From: a candidate division WOR-3 bacterium | GTDB taxonomy: Bacteria; Hydrothermota; Tepidihabitantia; Tepidihabitantales; Tepidihabitantaceae | DNA: 53,881 bases | Assembly (NCBI GenBank): GCA_039801225.1 | Contig: JBDRUH010000004.1 | Span: 1 to 53,881 of the forward strand | Direction of reading: 5' to 3' | In this document: positions 53,731 through 53,881 of the stretch, piece after piece | Position numbering within the stretch: the first letter of the stretch is position 1 | Layout: every line of letters starts with the position of its first letter | Position numbers and translations under genes: made by a program | Notes under the pieces: model-generated | What the model was told of the DNA's origin: nothing | Seen by the model: only the letters and a program-made list of their open reading frames with translations | Databases searched by the model: none

Positions 53731-53881
53731 GTGATAAAACATAACAATAAAGGTTTTACTTTGATAGAAGTATTGGTAGTCATTCTCATCCTTGGCATCC
53801 TGATGGCGATTGTCATCCCGAACTATATCCGGTATCAGGAGAATGCGCGCCGGGTGGCAGTCAAAGCAAATATGCGGGTTA
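53731..53881 (+). CDS. Type IV pilin / pseudopilin-like protein (class III signal peptide), truncated by the window end
   Basis: GTG start with SD AAAGGAG; MIKHNNKG|FTLIEVLVVILILGILMAIVIPNY, i.e. prepilin cleavage G|F, E at +5, hydrophobic helix, P22. Confidence 0.9.
   Translation, partial: MIKHNNKGFTLIEVLVVILILGILMAIVIPNYIRYQENARRVAVKANMRV

Noticed and set aside
1-53881. tRNA, rRNA, prophage, integrase or transposase
   Set aside because: No cloverleaf-like or rRNA-like sequence was seen in the intergenic gaps, and no ORF has recombinase, transposase or phage motifs.

Overview
This looks like a bacterial chromosomal window from an FCB-group diderm, probably a WOR-3-like lineage. That is an inference from the SprA homolog and the style of the C-terminal sorting domains; no database was consulted. 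Most of it is housekeeping: thyX (partial), miaB-lapA-lapB-mutS, ugd-uxs-oxidoreductase-GT2-ftsEX-envC-holB, folD-ispA-dxs-sprA-comEA, degP, rpsR-rplI-DUF151-tyrS, a CCA enzyme, an M50 protease, ftsK, ROK and GlmU-like genes, and rmlC. Four secreted proteins carry T9SS/FlgD-like C-terminal domains. The most interesting locus is at the right end. A 1752-aa Ser/Thr kinase-P-loop ATPase-TPR-GAF-sigma54 activator is followed by a readable sigma54 control region: a TGCGACA-type palindromic enhancer whose half-site also recurs at the activator's own promoter, an IHF site, a perfect 30-bp palindrome and a -24/-12 box. This appears to drive an unannotated 19-aa proline-rich micropeptide (MDGPIVPIYPPPVPPAPPA), a hairpin and a type IV pilin-like gene. 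Other notable signals are: a non-coding element of about 0.5 kb present twice in inverted orientation (REP-like hairpins, a near-identical AT-rich core and a degenerate 12-bp-period array); heptamer repeats inserted in frame into several proteins, including the whole SprA signal peptide; and recurrent TTGAC-N16-TANNNT promoters sitting directly on start codons (leaderless). I saw no rRNA, tRNA, CRISPR array or transposase.
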